A DNA stretch of 64,000 nt, from the NCBI GenBank assembly GCA_903901055.1, contig CAIUPO010000083.1, positions 30,705 to 94,704 of the forward strand. Direction: 5' to 3'. Below, one piece after another: positions 9,717 to 19,732 of this stretch (its first letter is position 1; every line of letters begins with the position of its first letter). The notes beneath the pieces were generated by a model that was not told the DNA's origin, made no database searches, and was given only the letters and a program-made list of their open reading frames with translations. This DNA comes from an uncultured Bacteroidota bacterium. GTDB lineage: Bacteria; Bacteroidota; Bacteroidia; JABEUT01. A program made the position numbers and the translations under genes.

Positions 9717-10730
9717 GTGAAAACAAATTCCCTAATTGCAATTGCTGTAACAAGCCTATTATTTTCAAATAACTTAACTACCCGTGCTCAACTTACCTCA
9801 TTTGCCGAAGGAGATAAGTATGGACTGAAAAATGCTGCAGGTGAAGTGGTCGTTAAACCCAAATACGATGATATTTCAGATTTTTATGGAGGAATGGCAA
9901 GGGTTGATATCCAGGAAAAATATGGGTATATAGATACAACGGGTAACGAAGTTATTCCACTTAAGTATGCAGATGCCGGTGTTTTTTCCGAAGGATTAGT
10001 TGAGGTGGAAATGAACAATAAATACGGTTTTATAGACAAAACAGGGAAGATGGTGATTCCTTTTAAATATGTAACTGCCGAACCTTTCAAACAGGGATTG
10101 TCATTTGTAAGGCTTGCGAAGCCTACGGTAAAAGATAAAGACAATGTAAACGGAGGCTTTATCAATAAATCAGGGAAAACGGTTATACCATTTATTTATA
10201 ATGGAGGCGGCCACAACTTTTCGGAGGGGCTGGCAATGGTTGCTACAGATAATGATAACATTTTAAAATGTGGATATGTAGATACAACTGGCAAGGTGGT
10301 AATTGAATTAAAATATGAACTCGGCGGCGATTTTCACGAAGGGCTTGTATCGGTTGAATCAAATGGTAAAAGGGGTTTTATAGATAAATCGGGGATGGTG
10401 GTGATTGATTTTAAATATGACATCAAGAATGTAGGCGCCCGGTTCTCTGAAGGGTTGGCCGGAATAATGGATGGAGGTAAATATGGCTTTATCGATAAAA
10501 AAGGTAACACTATAGTACCTTTTATTTATGAATTCGCTTCTGATTTTTCGGAAGGGCTGGCAGCCGTGCAGTTGGACGATAAGTGGGGATATATTGATAC
10601 AACCGGCAAAATTGTTATTCCATGTCGTTATTCAAAGGGATGGATTTTTAAAAATGGAAAGGCCTCGGTAAAACTAAATGATACCGATGATTTTTTTAAC
10701 ATTGATAAACAGGGCAACCCGGTTAAGTAG
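9717..10730 (+). CDS. WG-repeat (KWG-type) containing secreted protein, GTG start
   Basis: About 9 repeats of KYG(F/Y)IDxxGkxVIPfkYdxaxxFsEGLaxV. Signal peptide. Confidence 0.8.
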   Translation: MKTNSLIAIAVTSLLFSNNLTTRAQLTSFAEGDKYGLKNAAGEVVVKPKYDDISDFYGGMARVDIQEKYGYIDTTGNEVIPLKYADAGVFSEGLVEVEMNNKYGFIDKTGKMVIPFKYVTAEPFKQGLSFVRLAKPTVKDKDNVNGGFINKSGKTVIPFIYNGGGHNFSEGLAMVATDNDNILKCGYVDTTGKVVIELKYELGGDFHEGLVSVESNGKRGFIDKSGMVVIDFKYDIKNVGARFSEGLAGIMDGGKYGFIDKKGNTIVPFIYEFASDFSEGLAAVQLDDKWGYIDTTGKIVIPCRYSKGWIFKNGKASVKLNDTDDFFNIDKQGNPVK

Positions 10731-10769
10731 GGATTATAACACAATCAAATTCTATAAAGACGTTAACAC

Positions 10770-11035
10770 CCGGAATTTGCGTGAGAGATAGAAGTGGAAA
10801 GCCCGCCTTCGCTAAAACTATGGCGGGTGAAGCCAACTATAAAAGGCGGCCTTGCAACGGAAAGCCCGACCCCGAGGTTTTGGGAGGGGACACGCCCAAA
10901 GAAAGCTAAGAGTGAAGAGGTAAGAGCTAAGAGTAGCGATTGGAAGAGATTCTTCGTTTCACTCAGGATGACAAAGTCATGGAGTTAAACCCACCCCTAC
11001 CCCTCCGATGGAGAGGAATTAAAACCAACAAAACA
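10770..11035. repeat. Second copy set of the dispersed GC-rich repeat modules (GTGAGAGATAGAAGTGGAAAGCCCG, CCCACCCCTACCCCTCC)
   Basis: Near-identical modules to 7600-7900. The ORF 10794..10988 inside is probably spurious. Confidence 0.6.
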
Positions 11036-11103
11036 TCAGGTAATTAATAACAGCTATTTAAAGAATTTCATTAATATTGTAACCGTAAATTAACACTAGG
11101 GTA

Positions 11104-11412
11104 ATGAAAGGCTTGGAGAAGCGATTGGAAAAAATTCTGCTAAGAACAGAAAAACTTATATCTTTGCAAAGCGAATCAACCCGCAAAATAGCAGATTTAG
11201 AATCTGAAAACCAACGGCTTACTAAGGAAATAAAGGGGCTGGAGGAACAGGTTTTAAAGCTGAAGGACCAGAATCAATTAATGACCTCTGAACAACAAAA
11301 AATAAATAACCAAAAACAACGGGAAATAACCCTAAAAATAAACGACCTCCTGAGTGAAGTAGATAAATGTATAATCCGGATGAAAAAACCGGAAGTAACT
11401 AGCGAGCAATAG
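11104..11412 (+). CDS. Small coiled-coil protein, possibly a ZapB-like division factor, immediately upstream of zapA
   Basis: 102 aa, heptad-rich (LEKRLEKILLRTEKLISLQSE...EEQVLKLKDQNQL). Ends 4 nt before the zapA start. Confidence 0.4.
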   Translation: MKGLEKRLEKILLRTEKLISLQSESTRKIADLESENQRLTKEIKGLEEQVLKLKDQNQLMTSEQQKINNQKQREITLKINDLLSEVDKCIIRMKKPEVTSEQ

Positions 11413-11416
11413 ACAA

Positions 11417-11692
11417 GTGACGAACATAAAAGTGAATATATCCGGCAGAGAATACCCTGTGAATGTGACCCCTGAAACCGAGGCTGCAATGAGAAAAGCA
11501 GCGGACCAGGTGAATGACCAGGCGAAAAAATTCAAAACTGCTTATGCCATAACCGATCCACGCGATCTGCTGGCCATGTGCGCACTTCAGCTTGCTTACC
11601 AAAACCTTGAATATACCGACACCTATTCCGAATCTGTTGAAAGTAAATTAGATGCAATAGAAACGGCACTGGATATTAAAGAACATACATAA
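11417..11692 (+). CDS. zapA: Cell division protein ZapA
   Basis: 91 aa. N-terminal IKVNISGREYPVNVTPETEAAMRKAADQVN matches the ZapA pattern. Conserved zapA-rny synteny of Bacteroidota. Confidence 0.6.
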   Translation: MTNIKVNISGREYPVNVTPETEAAMRKAADQVNDQAKKFKTAYAITDPRDLLAMCALQLAYQNLEYTDTYSESVESKLDAIETALDIKEHT

Positions 11693-11728
11693 ATTACTTT
11701 CCGCAGGGGTTCATAACACCAACCAACC

Positions 11729-13285
11729 ATGAACCTCGATTTAATGACCATACTGATTATTGTTGCAGCCGCCATTATTGGCATTGGGCTCGGCATATTA
11801 GTAACCAACATGATGCTCAAAAAGGGCATCGAAAAGAAAGCTGACTCACTTTTAAAAGATGCTGAGAAACAGGCTACCATTCTGAAAGAAAAACGGATGC
11901 TGGAAGCGAAAGAACGCTTTCTGCAACTGAAAGCGGAACACGAAAGCTTTACGGTTGAAAAGACCAAACAACTTACGGCTACGGAAAACCGTCTGCGCCA
12001 GAAGGAACAGTCCCTAAACCAGAAACTGGAACAAACCCAGCGTAAGGAAAAAGAACTTGACACTGCCAAAAACAACTACACAGAGCAGTTGAAAAATGTG
12101 GAACGCAAAGATGCGGAACTGAGTAAAATGCATGCCCGCCAGATTGCTCAATTGGAAACAATTTCGGAGTTGTCGGCAGAGGATGCTAAATCACAGTTGA
12201 TTGAATCATTAAAAGGTGATGCAAGAAACGAAGGTGCTATTGCTGCTAAAGAAATTCTGGAAGAGGCAAAACTCACTGCCAATAAAGACGCTAAGAAGAT
12301 TGTATTGCAATCCATTCAACGGGTTGCGGTGGAAACTGCTGTTGAAAATGCTGTTACGGTTTTCAATATTGAAAACGACGAAATGAAAGGCCGTATCATT
12401 GGCCGTGAAGGAAGAAATATCCGTGCGTTGGAAGCTTCTACCGGTGTTGAGGTTATTGTAGATGATACCCCGGAGGCAATTGTGATTTCCTGTTTTGACC
12501 CTGTAAGAAGGGAACTAGCAAGAATGGCACTCGCTCAACTTATACAGGACGGACGTATTCACCCTGCCAGAATTGAAGAAGTTGTTGAAAAATGCCGTAA
12601 ACAACTGGAAGATGAAATTGCGGAAGTTGGTAAGAGAACCTGTATTGACCTCGGCATTAATAACCTGCATCCTGACCTTATAAGGATTGTAGGTAAAATG
12701 AAATACCGTTCATCCTACGGACAGAATTTATTGCAACACTCCCGCGAGGTTGCAAACCTGGCCGCTACCATGGCATCGGAGTTAGGACTGAATCCTAAAC
12801 TGGCTAAACGTGCCGGACTGTTACACGATATTGGAAAAGTGCCTGATGAAGCTCCAGAATTACCGCACGCATTGTTGGGTATGAAGCTTGCAGAAAAATA
12901 CAAAGAACGTCCTGATGTGTGCAACGCTATTGGTGCCCACCACGACGAAATAGAAATGACCGACCTCCTCTCTCCTATTATCCAGGTTTGCGATGCTATT
13001 TCAGGTGCAAGGCCAGGTGCAAGGCGTGAGATTGTGGAACAATACACCAAACGTCTGCGTGACCTTGAACAACTTGCTCTATCTTATAAAGGGGTAGAAA
13101 AAACTTATGCGATTCAGGCAGGCCGTGAACTGCGTGTAATTGTTGGCAGTGAAAAGATTACCGACAAAGAAGCAGAAGTGCTCTCCTTTGAAATAGCTCA
13201 GAAAATCCAGAATGAAATGACCTACCCGGGACAAGTACGGGTTACAGTTATTAGGGAAACAAGGGCAGTGAATATTGCCAAATAA
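11729..13285 (+). CDS. rny: Ribonuclease Y
   Basis: N-terminal TM, coiled coil, KH domain ([15 protein letters not shown]), HD domain (LLHDIGK...HH). 518 aa. Confidence 0.95.
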   Translation: MNLDLMTILIIVAAAIIGIGLGILVTNMMLKKGIEKKADSLLKDAEKQATILKEKRMLEAKERFLQLKAEHESFTVEKTKQLTATENRLRQKEQSLNQKLEQTQRKEKELDTAKNNYTEQLKNVERKDAELSKMHARQIAQLETISELSAEDAKSQLIESLKGDARNEGAIAAKEILEEAKLTANKDAKKIVLQSIQRVAVETAVENAVTVFNIENDEMKGRIIGREGRNIRALEASTGVEVIVDDTPEAIVISCFDPVRRELARMALAQLIQDGRIHPARIEEVVEKCRKQLEDEIAEVGKRTCIDLGINNLHPDLIRIVGKMKYRSSYGQNLLQHSREVANLAATMASELGLNPKLAKRAGLLHDIGKVPDEAPELPHALLGMKLAEKYKERPDVCNAIGAHHDEIEMTDLLSPIIQVCDAISGARPGARREIVEQYTKRLRDLEQLALSYKGVEKTYAIQAGRELRVIVGSEKITDKEAEVLSFEIAQKIQNEMTYPGQVRVTVIRETRAVNIAK

Positions 13286-13330
13286 GTAGAAAGGGAAAAG
13301 TAGAAAGTAGAAAGTTGAGAGTGAAATCTT

Positions 13331-13720
13331 TTACTGTGCACCGGTGGTATCGGCGTCATTTAGTTTCAGGAATTCTATAACCTGATGAGCCTGTTCTTCC
13401 GTTAGATTCTTGCCTTGCCCTTTCAGGCCGCAATCTGCTTTAAACTGAACCATAATATCGGAATCATTTTTCACCATTCGGTCTAAGTGGGTGAAGGTAT
13501 TCATCATCCATTTTTCCGATAAAACATTCGTTACACCTTTTAGTCCAGGACCTACAAGCCTTTCGCCGGAAAGCTTATGGCAGAAAACGCACCGAGTGTA
13601 ATAAATATTACGCCCGTTTATTGCCATATCCACAGGCGCCGGCTTGGTGCAGGTTTCTGTTAAAAGTAAAATTAATCCTACTACTGTAAATACGCCTACT
13701 TTCCAACTGTTTTTCTTCAT
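13331..13720 (-). CDS. Class I c-type cytochrome (mono-haem) with signal peptide
   Basis: CVFCH haem-binding motif. Start probably at MKKNSWKVGVFTVVGLILLL. Confidence 0.75.
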   Translation of the reverse strand: MKKNSWKVGVFTVVGLILLLTETCTKPAPVDMAINGRNIYYTRCVFCHKLSGERLVGPGLKGVTNVLSEKWMMNTFTHLDRMVKNDSDIMVQFKADCGLKGQGKNLTEEQAHQVIEFLKLNDADTTGAQ

Positions 13721-14000
13721 GGCTGCCTTCATCATTATCTTGCAATGCAAAGTTACATCCGTTTAAAAGGAATACACCCGTTTTGGGCATAACATTCATC
13801 AGGCATAATGGCTGATATTGCGCAATTTAATCTACCAAAATAAAGCAAGAATATTCAAGGTGAAAGTCCGAAATTTCCTACCTAAAGCTAGTTAGAATCC
13901 GGCACTGGTAAATAAACTATTGGCTTAATTTATTGAGCCGGTTTAAAATATGATCTATTACTTCCTGCCAGCCCGGTGGGGGATTTATTTGTTACCTGTT

Positions 14001-15071
14001 TTATTTTTTCTTCTTTGCCCTTTGATACTGTACTGGCCATTGTATATCAATACCTAATTCATTTGCTGCTGCAAGTGGGAAATAAGGATTTCGCAAAAAC
14101 TCACGAGCCATAAATACGAGATCGGCGTTGCCTTCTTCAATAATACTGTTGGCTTCCTGTGGAGTGGTAATAAGCCCTACAGCACCTGTTAGTGCGCCTG
14201 TAGCTTTTTTAATATTCTCCGCCAAACTCAATTGATACATGGGTTTCAATTCTATTTTAACCCCAGGAATGTTTCCGCCGCTGGAGCAATCTATAAGGTC
14301 GATGGTTTTTGTTTTTAATATCTCCGCAAGCCGGATAGAATCCACAATCGTCCATCCAATTTCACTCCACTCGGTAGCTGAAATGCGCAAGAATAAAGGC
14401 TTTTCTTCGGTCCATACTTTTCTTACCGATTCAATTATTTCCAATAAAAAACGGATACGGTTTTCAAAAGAGCCACCATATTCATCAGTCCGGAAATTAC
14501 TTGCAGGTGAGAGAAATTCATTTATCAAATACCCATGAGCACCATGCAATTCAATCACTTTAAATCCGGCGTCCATTGCCCTTTTAGCTGCATCCTGAAA
14601 ATCCTGAATTATTTTCTTTATTCCATCCACGCTTAATTCTGTTGGATTGCAATAATCACTTTTATATGCCACAGCACTTGGCCCGACAGTTTGCCAGCCG
14701 CCATCTTCGGGGCGCACCAATTTACTACCCTTCCATTCTGAAGCCATGCTTGCCTTTCGGCCTGCATGAGCTAACTGAATTCCGGGCAAAGAGCCTTGTT
14801 GCTCAATAAATGTTGTAATGCGTTTTAAAAACGGAATGTGTTCATCTTTCCAAATACCCAAATCATCCGGTGAAATTCTTCCTTCGGGAGAAACGGCTGT
14901 TGCCTCTGCAATTATCAAGGCCGCACCACCAATGGCCCTGCTGCCTAAATGAACCAAATGCCAGTCATTGGCAAAGCCATCCACACTGCTGTATTGGCAC
15001 ATCGGCGAAACAACCAGGCGGTTCTTCAACTCAACATTTTTAATTCTTAAAGGAGAAAAGAGGTTTGCCAT
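14001..15071 (-). CDS. NADH:flavin oxidoreductase, Old Yellow Enzyme family (NamA/YqjM-like)
   Basis: LRIKNVELKNRLVVSPMCQYSS, HGAHGYLINEFLSP, and the TIM-barrel OYE signature throughout. Confidence 0.9.
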   Translation of the reverse strand: MANLFSPLRIKNVELKNRLVVSPMCQYSSVDGFANDWHLVHLGSRAIGGAALIIAEATAVSPEGRISPDDLGIWKDEHIPFLKRITTFIEQQGSLPGIQLAHAGRKASMASEWKGSKLVRPEDGGWQTVGPSAVAYKSDYCNPTELSVDGIKKIIQDFQDAAKRAMDAGFKVIELHGAHGYLINEFLSPASNFRTDEYGGSFENRIRFLLEIIESVRKVWTEEKPLFLRISATEWSEIGWTIVDSIRLAEILKTKTIDLIDCSSGGNIPGVKIELKPMYQLSLAENIKKATGALTGAVGLITTPQEANSIIEEGNADLVFMAREFLRNPYFPLAAANELGIDIQWPVQYQRAKKKK

Positions 15072-15076
15072 AGTAA

Positions 15077-17398
15077 TTATTTATTTCCCAAATAAGTTCT
15101 GAAGTATCCGCACTCCTTAATAATCTCTTTATAATACTGGGTTTTGGAATAGTCAGTTTTTAACATGGCGAAGTATTTTCCCGCTATAAAATCTCCTTTA
15201 AAATCTTTTGGGATGTTCAGATAAAAATAATTGTGCTCGCACTTTGCAGCGCGGAAACAGCATTTAGCTTTAAGTTCAGCGTTCTTCGTAAGATTCATTG
15301 CCTTCACATAATAATCTTCCGCCATTTTACAATCCAACACATTAGGAATGGAGTAATCCTGCTCCGAATACGGGCCAAACCAAACGTGCACATATTGATC
15401 TCCGATATCGGAAAAGTAACCACGGCAACTGCCAAAATAAGTCATGTTATAATAACCGTTTGCCATGCGGTAATAATAGGTTGCCGCATTTTTGGGATCT
15501 GTTTTTAAACTATCCTGATAAGCAAGCATTCCTTGGGCAAATTGATAAAGGTTCAGCGACTCATCCTTAGGCTCATTGACATCTACAGGTACACTATCGC
15601 CACATTCAAAGCAATCATTTATCTGACTTACGAAAGGGTTTGAAACATCATTCCAATGACCGTAACCATCATTGTCCTCCGAAGTTTCTGCTGAATCAGA
15701 CCCAACAACATGCTCCCTTTGATATAATGCAACAGCTTCCTTAAACTTATAGTCATAAACAAGGCCCTCCGCTTGCATGGTCACAATATCATACTTTGAT
15801 TTGGCAAGTATTTTCAAGGCATACACCTCCATGGGAGTTTTATTCTGTTTATTAATTATTTGAACTATAGTATCGAGCACTCCGCTGTGTGCAAAACCGG
15901 TTTGCAGCCCAAAACAATAAGCCATTGCCCGGTTTCCCGATTCATGATATTTTTGAGCTATGCATTCAATAACCCAGGCAAAAGCTGTGCCTTTCCTGTA
16001 CCCCCAGAAGTCCTCTTTTTTTTCTACTGTGTGCTTTGACCCCAACCATGCCAGGTCATCTAAAAAGTTATTCCCGAAATTTTTGTCTTTCACATCTGCC
16101 GCTTGCACCTTTCCCATAATAGATATATACCTTGCTTCTTCCATAACCAGTGAATCACCCGCAGATTCCACTTTTGCTTTATCGAGGTATTTATCATAAT
16201 CGGTTTTGCCATTGATCCATTCAAGGTAACCTGCACAAAGGTTCCACAGATAAGGCTTTTCACTATTCTCCTTAGCAGCTACTGTGATAACAAAGTCCAG
16301 TAAATTGTTATTCATTCTATCAGTTGAAATATGAACTCCGCCGTAGGTATCAATTGACTGGCCTTCCAATTGGTTAATACCTCGCATCAGCATCAGGCCT
16401 AGCAACTCCGATTTAGGATTGATTTTATAAATTTCCTGCATAGATCCCAAAGGGTCGGCATAGACCCCAAGTAAAAACCACAAATTGATTTTTTCCGAAT
16501 CATTTTTTGCCAGCGCGAGAGATTGATTCCAGTCTGAATCTTCCTGCGGGTGAAAACTCGTGTAAGCAGCATCCCGCATTGGGACACATCCCGCAAAGAT
16601 TTGGGAATAGAGATAGTCAGCTTCGGCAATATTCCCTACTTTCAGGTCTGCTCCGGCCAAATAACCCATGCAACGGAAACGGATGCTATTACCAATAGAC
16701 TGAATCAGTTTTTCGTTTTGGTGATAATAATTAATGCACTTATCAGAATCGCCGCTCATAAAATAAAGACGCAAAACCTGGAACACATAACGCTGTTTTA
16801 TAAAATCACTTCCTGCGTTTGTTACCTGCTTTTGTCCTTTATCCGCCAGGGTTAACATTCTTTTGGTATCGCTGCGAATACTATCTTTCCTTGCTTTTAC
16901 TTCATCTTCGTCATACCAGCCTGATATTTGCGTAGCAAAGGGTTCACAGCGCTTTGCATAGCCCATGTAAAAAAGGAAGTCGCTTACTTTTTTAGTGTCT
17001 TTATACTTCAAGATGGAGCAATTTCTCAGTGAGGTGTCTAACGGATAACCGGACTTTTTAACCGCAAAAATCAGCGAGTCTATCTCCCCCAACCTGGCTT
17101 TGTAAATAATGTAGTCTAAATCTTCATTTTTTACTTTCCCGTCAAAGTAACCTGCCCATTCACCAGTATTTATATTATTAAAATTGCTGAGGACGTCGAA
17201 CCCTATTCCGCCATGATCTTGCGGGTCGGAAGAAATAAAAAATGAGTCGAAGTTCCCATTAAGGTGTGCAACATCCGAAGAAACAAATGAAGCCACATAA
17301 TCAGGGCCCATATCACCACAAGCCAAACCGATTAAAGCAGCCACAATAATTATACTTAACAAAAGATAAGGAGCACAGGTCTTTATTTTTTTTTTCAT
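15077..17398 (-). CDS. Large hypothetical lipoprotein (773 aa), paralog of the 17402..19732 product, with conserved Cys motifs
   Basis: Lipoprotein signal (LIGLACGD). Conserved blocks shared with the paralog (FIKQRYVFQ.LRLY, KAKCCF.AAKCE.NYFY, IIKECGYF). Helical-repeat-like composition. Confidence 0.7.
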   Translation of the reverse strand: MKKKIKTCAPYLLLSIIIVAALIGLACGDMGPDYVASFVSSDVAHLNGNFDSFFISSDPQDHGGIGFDVLSNFNNINTGEWAGYFDGKVKNEDLDYIIYKARLGEIDSLIFAVKKSGYPLDTSLRNCSILKYKDTKKVSDFLFYMGYAKRCEPFATQISGWYDEDEVKARKDSIRSDTKRMLTLADKGQKQVTNAGSDFIKQRYVFQVLRLYFMSGDSDKCINYYHQNEKLIQSIGNSIRFRCMGYLAGADLKVGNIAEADYLYSQIFAGCVPMRDAAYTSFHPQEDSDWNQSLALAKNDSEKINLWFLLGVYADPLGSMQEIYKINPKSELLGLMLMRGINQLEGQSIDTYGGVHISTDRMNNNLLDFVITVAAKENSEKPYLWNLCAGYLEWINGKTDYDKYLDKAKVESAGDSLVMEEARYISIMGKVQAADVKDKNFGNNFLDDLAWLGSKHTVEKKEDFWGYRKGTAFAWVIECIAQKYHESGNRAMAYCFGLQTGFAHSGVLDTIVQIINKQNKTPMEVYALKILAKSKYDIVTMQAEGLVYDYKFKEAVALYQREHVVGSDSAETSEDNDGYGHWNDVSNPFVSQINDCFECGDSVPVDVNEPKDESLNLYQFAQGMLAYQDSLKTDPKNAATYYYRMANGYYNMTYFGSCRGYFSDIGDQYVHVWFGPYSEQDYSIPNVLDCKMAEDYYVKAMNLTKNAELKAKCCFRAAKCEHNYFYLNIPKDFKGDFIAGKYFAMLKTDYSKTQYYKEIIKECGYFRTYLGNK

Positions 17399-17401
17399 CT
17401 T

Positions 17402-19732
17402 TTATCGGTTAGAATTCGCATACTTACTGAAATATCCGCATTCTTTAATTATCTCTTTATAGTATTCCGTGTTCGAGTAGTTTGCTTTTAAAATTCCAAA
17501 ATATTTTCCGGCCCTGAAATCTCCTTTAAAATCCTTCGGCCTGTGGGTATAAAAGTAATTCTGTTCACATTTAGCAGCCATAAAACAGCATTTGGCTTTA
17601 AACTCCGAAGAGTTTGATGCATTCATAGCCTTAAGGTAGTAGTCCATTGCTTTGCCGCAATCCATATAAAAAGGCCAAGGATCGTTTATTGTATCGTTAC
17701 TATAATATTTATAATCAAATCCTGCATATTGCATATAGGTCGCTTTGGTGTCGTAAAAGCTTCTGTTATTTCCGAAATAACTCATGTTGTAATAGCCGTT
17801 TGCAAGCAAAAAATAAGTGTGCGCTTTATGAAGTGGGTCGGATTTTATTTTGCCTTCCAAATCTACCATTGCCTGGATAAAATCTTTTCTGTTATTCACT
17901 TCCGGCATATTGGTATCACCAAATTCATCGGCACTATAAAGACTGTACCCATTATTATCACAATCGTGACAATCATTTATATGAACCTGGAAAGGATCGC
18001 CATAGGGTGGTTCGTTACCCGCACTGTCCGCTTCATTCAGCTTCGCCAAGGCATCTTTAAATCGGAACTTGTAAAGCAAATTCACCGCCTGAATTTCGAC
18101 AATATCTTTTTTAGAATATGGCAATTGGTTCAAAGCATATTGATCAAAAGTCGTTTTATTATTTTTATCAATAAATTGCTCCATCTTGTTAAGCAACGAC
18201 AGCTTTTGAATAATCGGCTTGTTATTGGCGCAACTGAAACAAGTATATTTCACTGAATCGCCAATCAGCAAATATTTATCGCTTAGCTCATCAAAAATAT
18301 ACTGCCTCGCAAAATCCCTCGGAAAGTGTTCAGGATGTTTTGCAACCTCCAACCAGATAAGTTCCGGGACAATGCTTTCCTCAAATTTTCTGTTGCCTGC
18401 TTTTCCATTATCAATCTTATCCAGCAAGCCAATAAGTTTGCATTCTTCCCATACAAGTGTATCACCAACAGCTTCACTTTTTGCTTTACTTAAATACGCA
18501 GCAAAACTTTTGTCTCTATTAGTCCAAGCCAAATAGCCGGCGGCCAAATTCCACTCGTATGGCTTAGTCGTATTTTCTTTCCCGGCAACTTCTTTTACAA
18601 ATCTGAATAATTCCTGATCTCCCTTCATCCCTGTCAAATTAGTCGTACTGTCAGGGTTTTCCTGCATCGTTAATTCACCAGGGCCAAATACAAAATTCCC
18701 TTCATCAATATTTATAGATCTTGTCAGCAACATGCTTAACAAATCAGACTTCGGATCAATTGCATATATTTCTTTCAATGACCTGAAGGAATCATGGTAA
18801 ATGCCGAGCATCTGCCATAATACAGCTTTCTCTTTTGGAGATTTTGCCATTGCCAGTGTTTGGTTCCAATCTTTCTCTTCCTGCGGATGGAAACTGAAAT
18901 AGGCACTTACACGCATTATATCATTATCTGAATAAATCACAGAATACAAATAGTTGGCCATGCCGAATTGTTTGAGTCCATAATAAGCACCTGCAGCGTA
19001 TCCCATGGTACGGTATTTCATGCTATTGGAATTTGTTTCCAACAGCGTTTTTTGTTTGGTATAAAATTGAATGCAGTTATCATATTGCTTGCTTATATAA
19101 TATAAACGCAACAACTGAAATACATATCGCTGTTTAATAAAATCGCTTTTAGGGTTAGTCATCTGTTTTAATCCTCCTGCCACCAAAGCATTCATTCCGG
19201 ATATATCTTTTCGGGGATCTTTGTCTTTATCCCTGTCATCATACCAGTATTGGTATTCATACGTACCATATTTCTCACATCGTTTGGCATACCCCACGTA
19301 GTAAAGAAAATCAAGGGCAGTACGGGTATCCTTAATTTTTAATACGGTATTACTTTTCAATTCATTTCCAGTCGGATACCATCCTGACTTCTTAATAGAA
19401 AATATCAACGTATCAATTTCTCCGGCACGTGCCTTGTAGAGTATATATTCCAAATCTTTATCCTTAACTTGCTTTTGAAAATAGCTACCCCATTCCTCAA
19501 TATTCACTTCATTAAAGTCCTCCAGATAACTGCTTTTCCGTGTTGAAACATAAAGTGGATCTGGGGTATAAAAAAACTCGGCGTACTTTTCTTCATGCGT
19601 AATTTCAGGCGGGAAAAAGGAATGAGTAAATTCATCACCACCAAAGTCTCCGCAGGCCAGAATTATAATTCCGGTAACAATTCCAATACTAATTGGAAAG
19701 AGAGAAGATTTTTTCCAAATCCTTTTTATCAT
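17402..19732 (-). CDS. Large hypothetical lipoprotein (about 776 aa from the ATG at 19732), paralog of the 15077..17398 product
   Basis: The ORF track gives 17402..19786. The likely start is MIKRIWKKSSLFPISIGIVTGIIILACGD (lipobox). About 40% identity to the neighbouring paralog. Confidence 0.7.
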   Translation of the reverse strand: MIKRIWKKSSLFPISIGIVTGIIILACGDFGGDEFTHSFFPPEITHEEKYAEFFYTPDPLYVSTRKSSYLEDFNEVNIEEWGSYFQKQVKDKDLEYILYKARAGEIDTLIFSIKKSGWYPTGNELKSNTVLKIKDTRTALDFLYYVGYAKRCEKYGTYEYQYWYDDRDKDKDPRKDISGMNALVAGGLKQMTNPKSDFIKQRYVFQLLRLYYISKQYDNCIQFYTKQKTLLETNSNSMKYRTMGYAAGAYYGLKQFGMANYLYSVIYSDNDIMRVSAYFSFHPQEEKDWNQTLAMAKSPKEKAVLWQMLGIYHDSFRSLKEIYAIDPKSDLLSMLLTRSINIDEGNFVFGPGELTMQENPDSTTNLTGMKGDQELFRFVKEVAGKENTTKPYEWNLAAGYLAWTNRDKSFAAYLSKAKSEAVGDTLVWEECKLIGLLDKIDNGKAGNRKFEESIVPELIWLEVAKHPEHFPRDFARQYIFDELSDKYLLIGDSVKYTCFSCANNKPIIQKLSLLNKMEQFIDKNNKTTFDQYALNQLPYSKKDIVEIQAVNLLYKFRFKDALAKLNEADSAGNEPPYGDPFQVHINDCHDCDNNGYSLYSADEFGDTNMPEVNNRKDFIQAMVDLEGKIKSDPLHKAHTYFLLANGYYNMSYFGNNRSFYDTKATYMQYAGFDYKYYSNDTINDPWPFYMDCGKAMDYYLKAMNASNSSEFKAKCCFMAAKCEQNYFYTHRPKDFKGDFRAGKYFGILKANYSNTEYYKEIIKECGYFSKYANSNR

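Noticed and set aside
10794-10988. 64-aa ORF inside the second repeat cluster
   Set aside because: Same reasoning. It overlaps dispersed repeat modules and has no coding-like composition.
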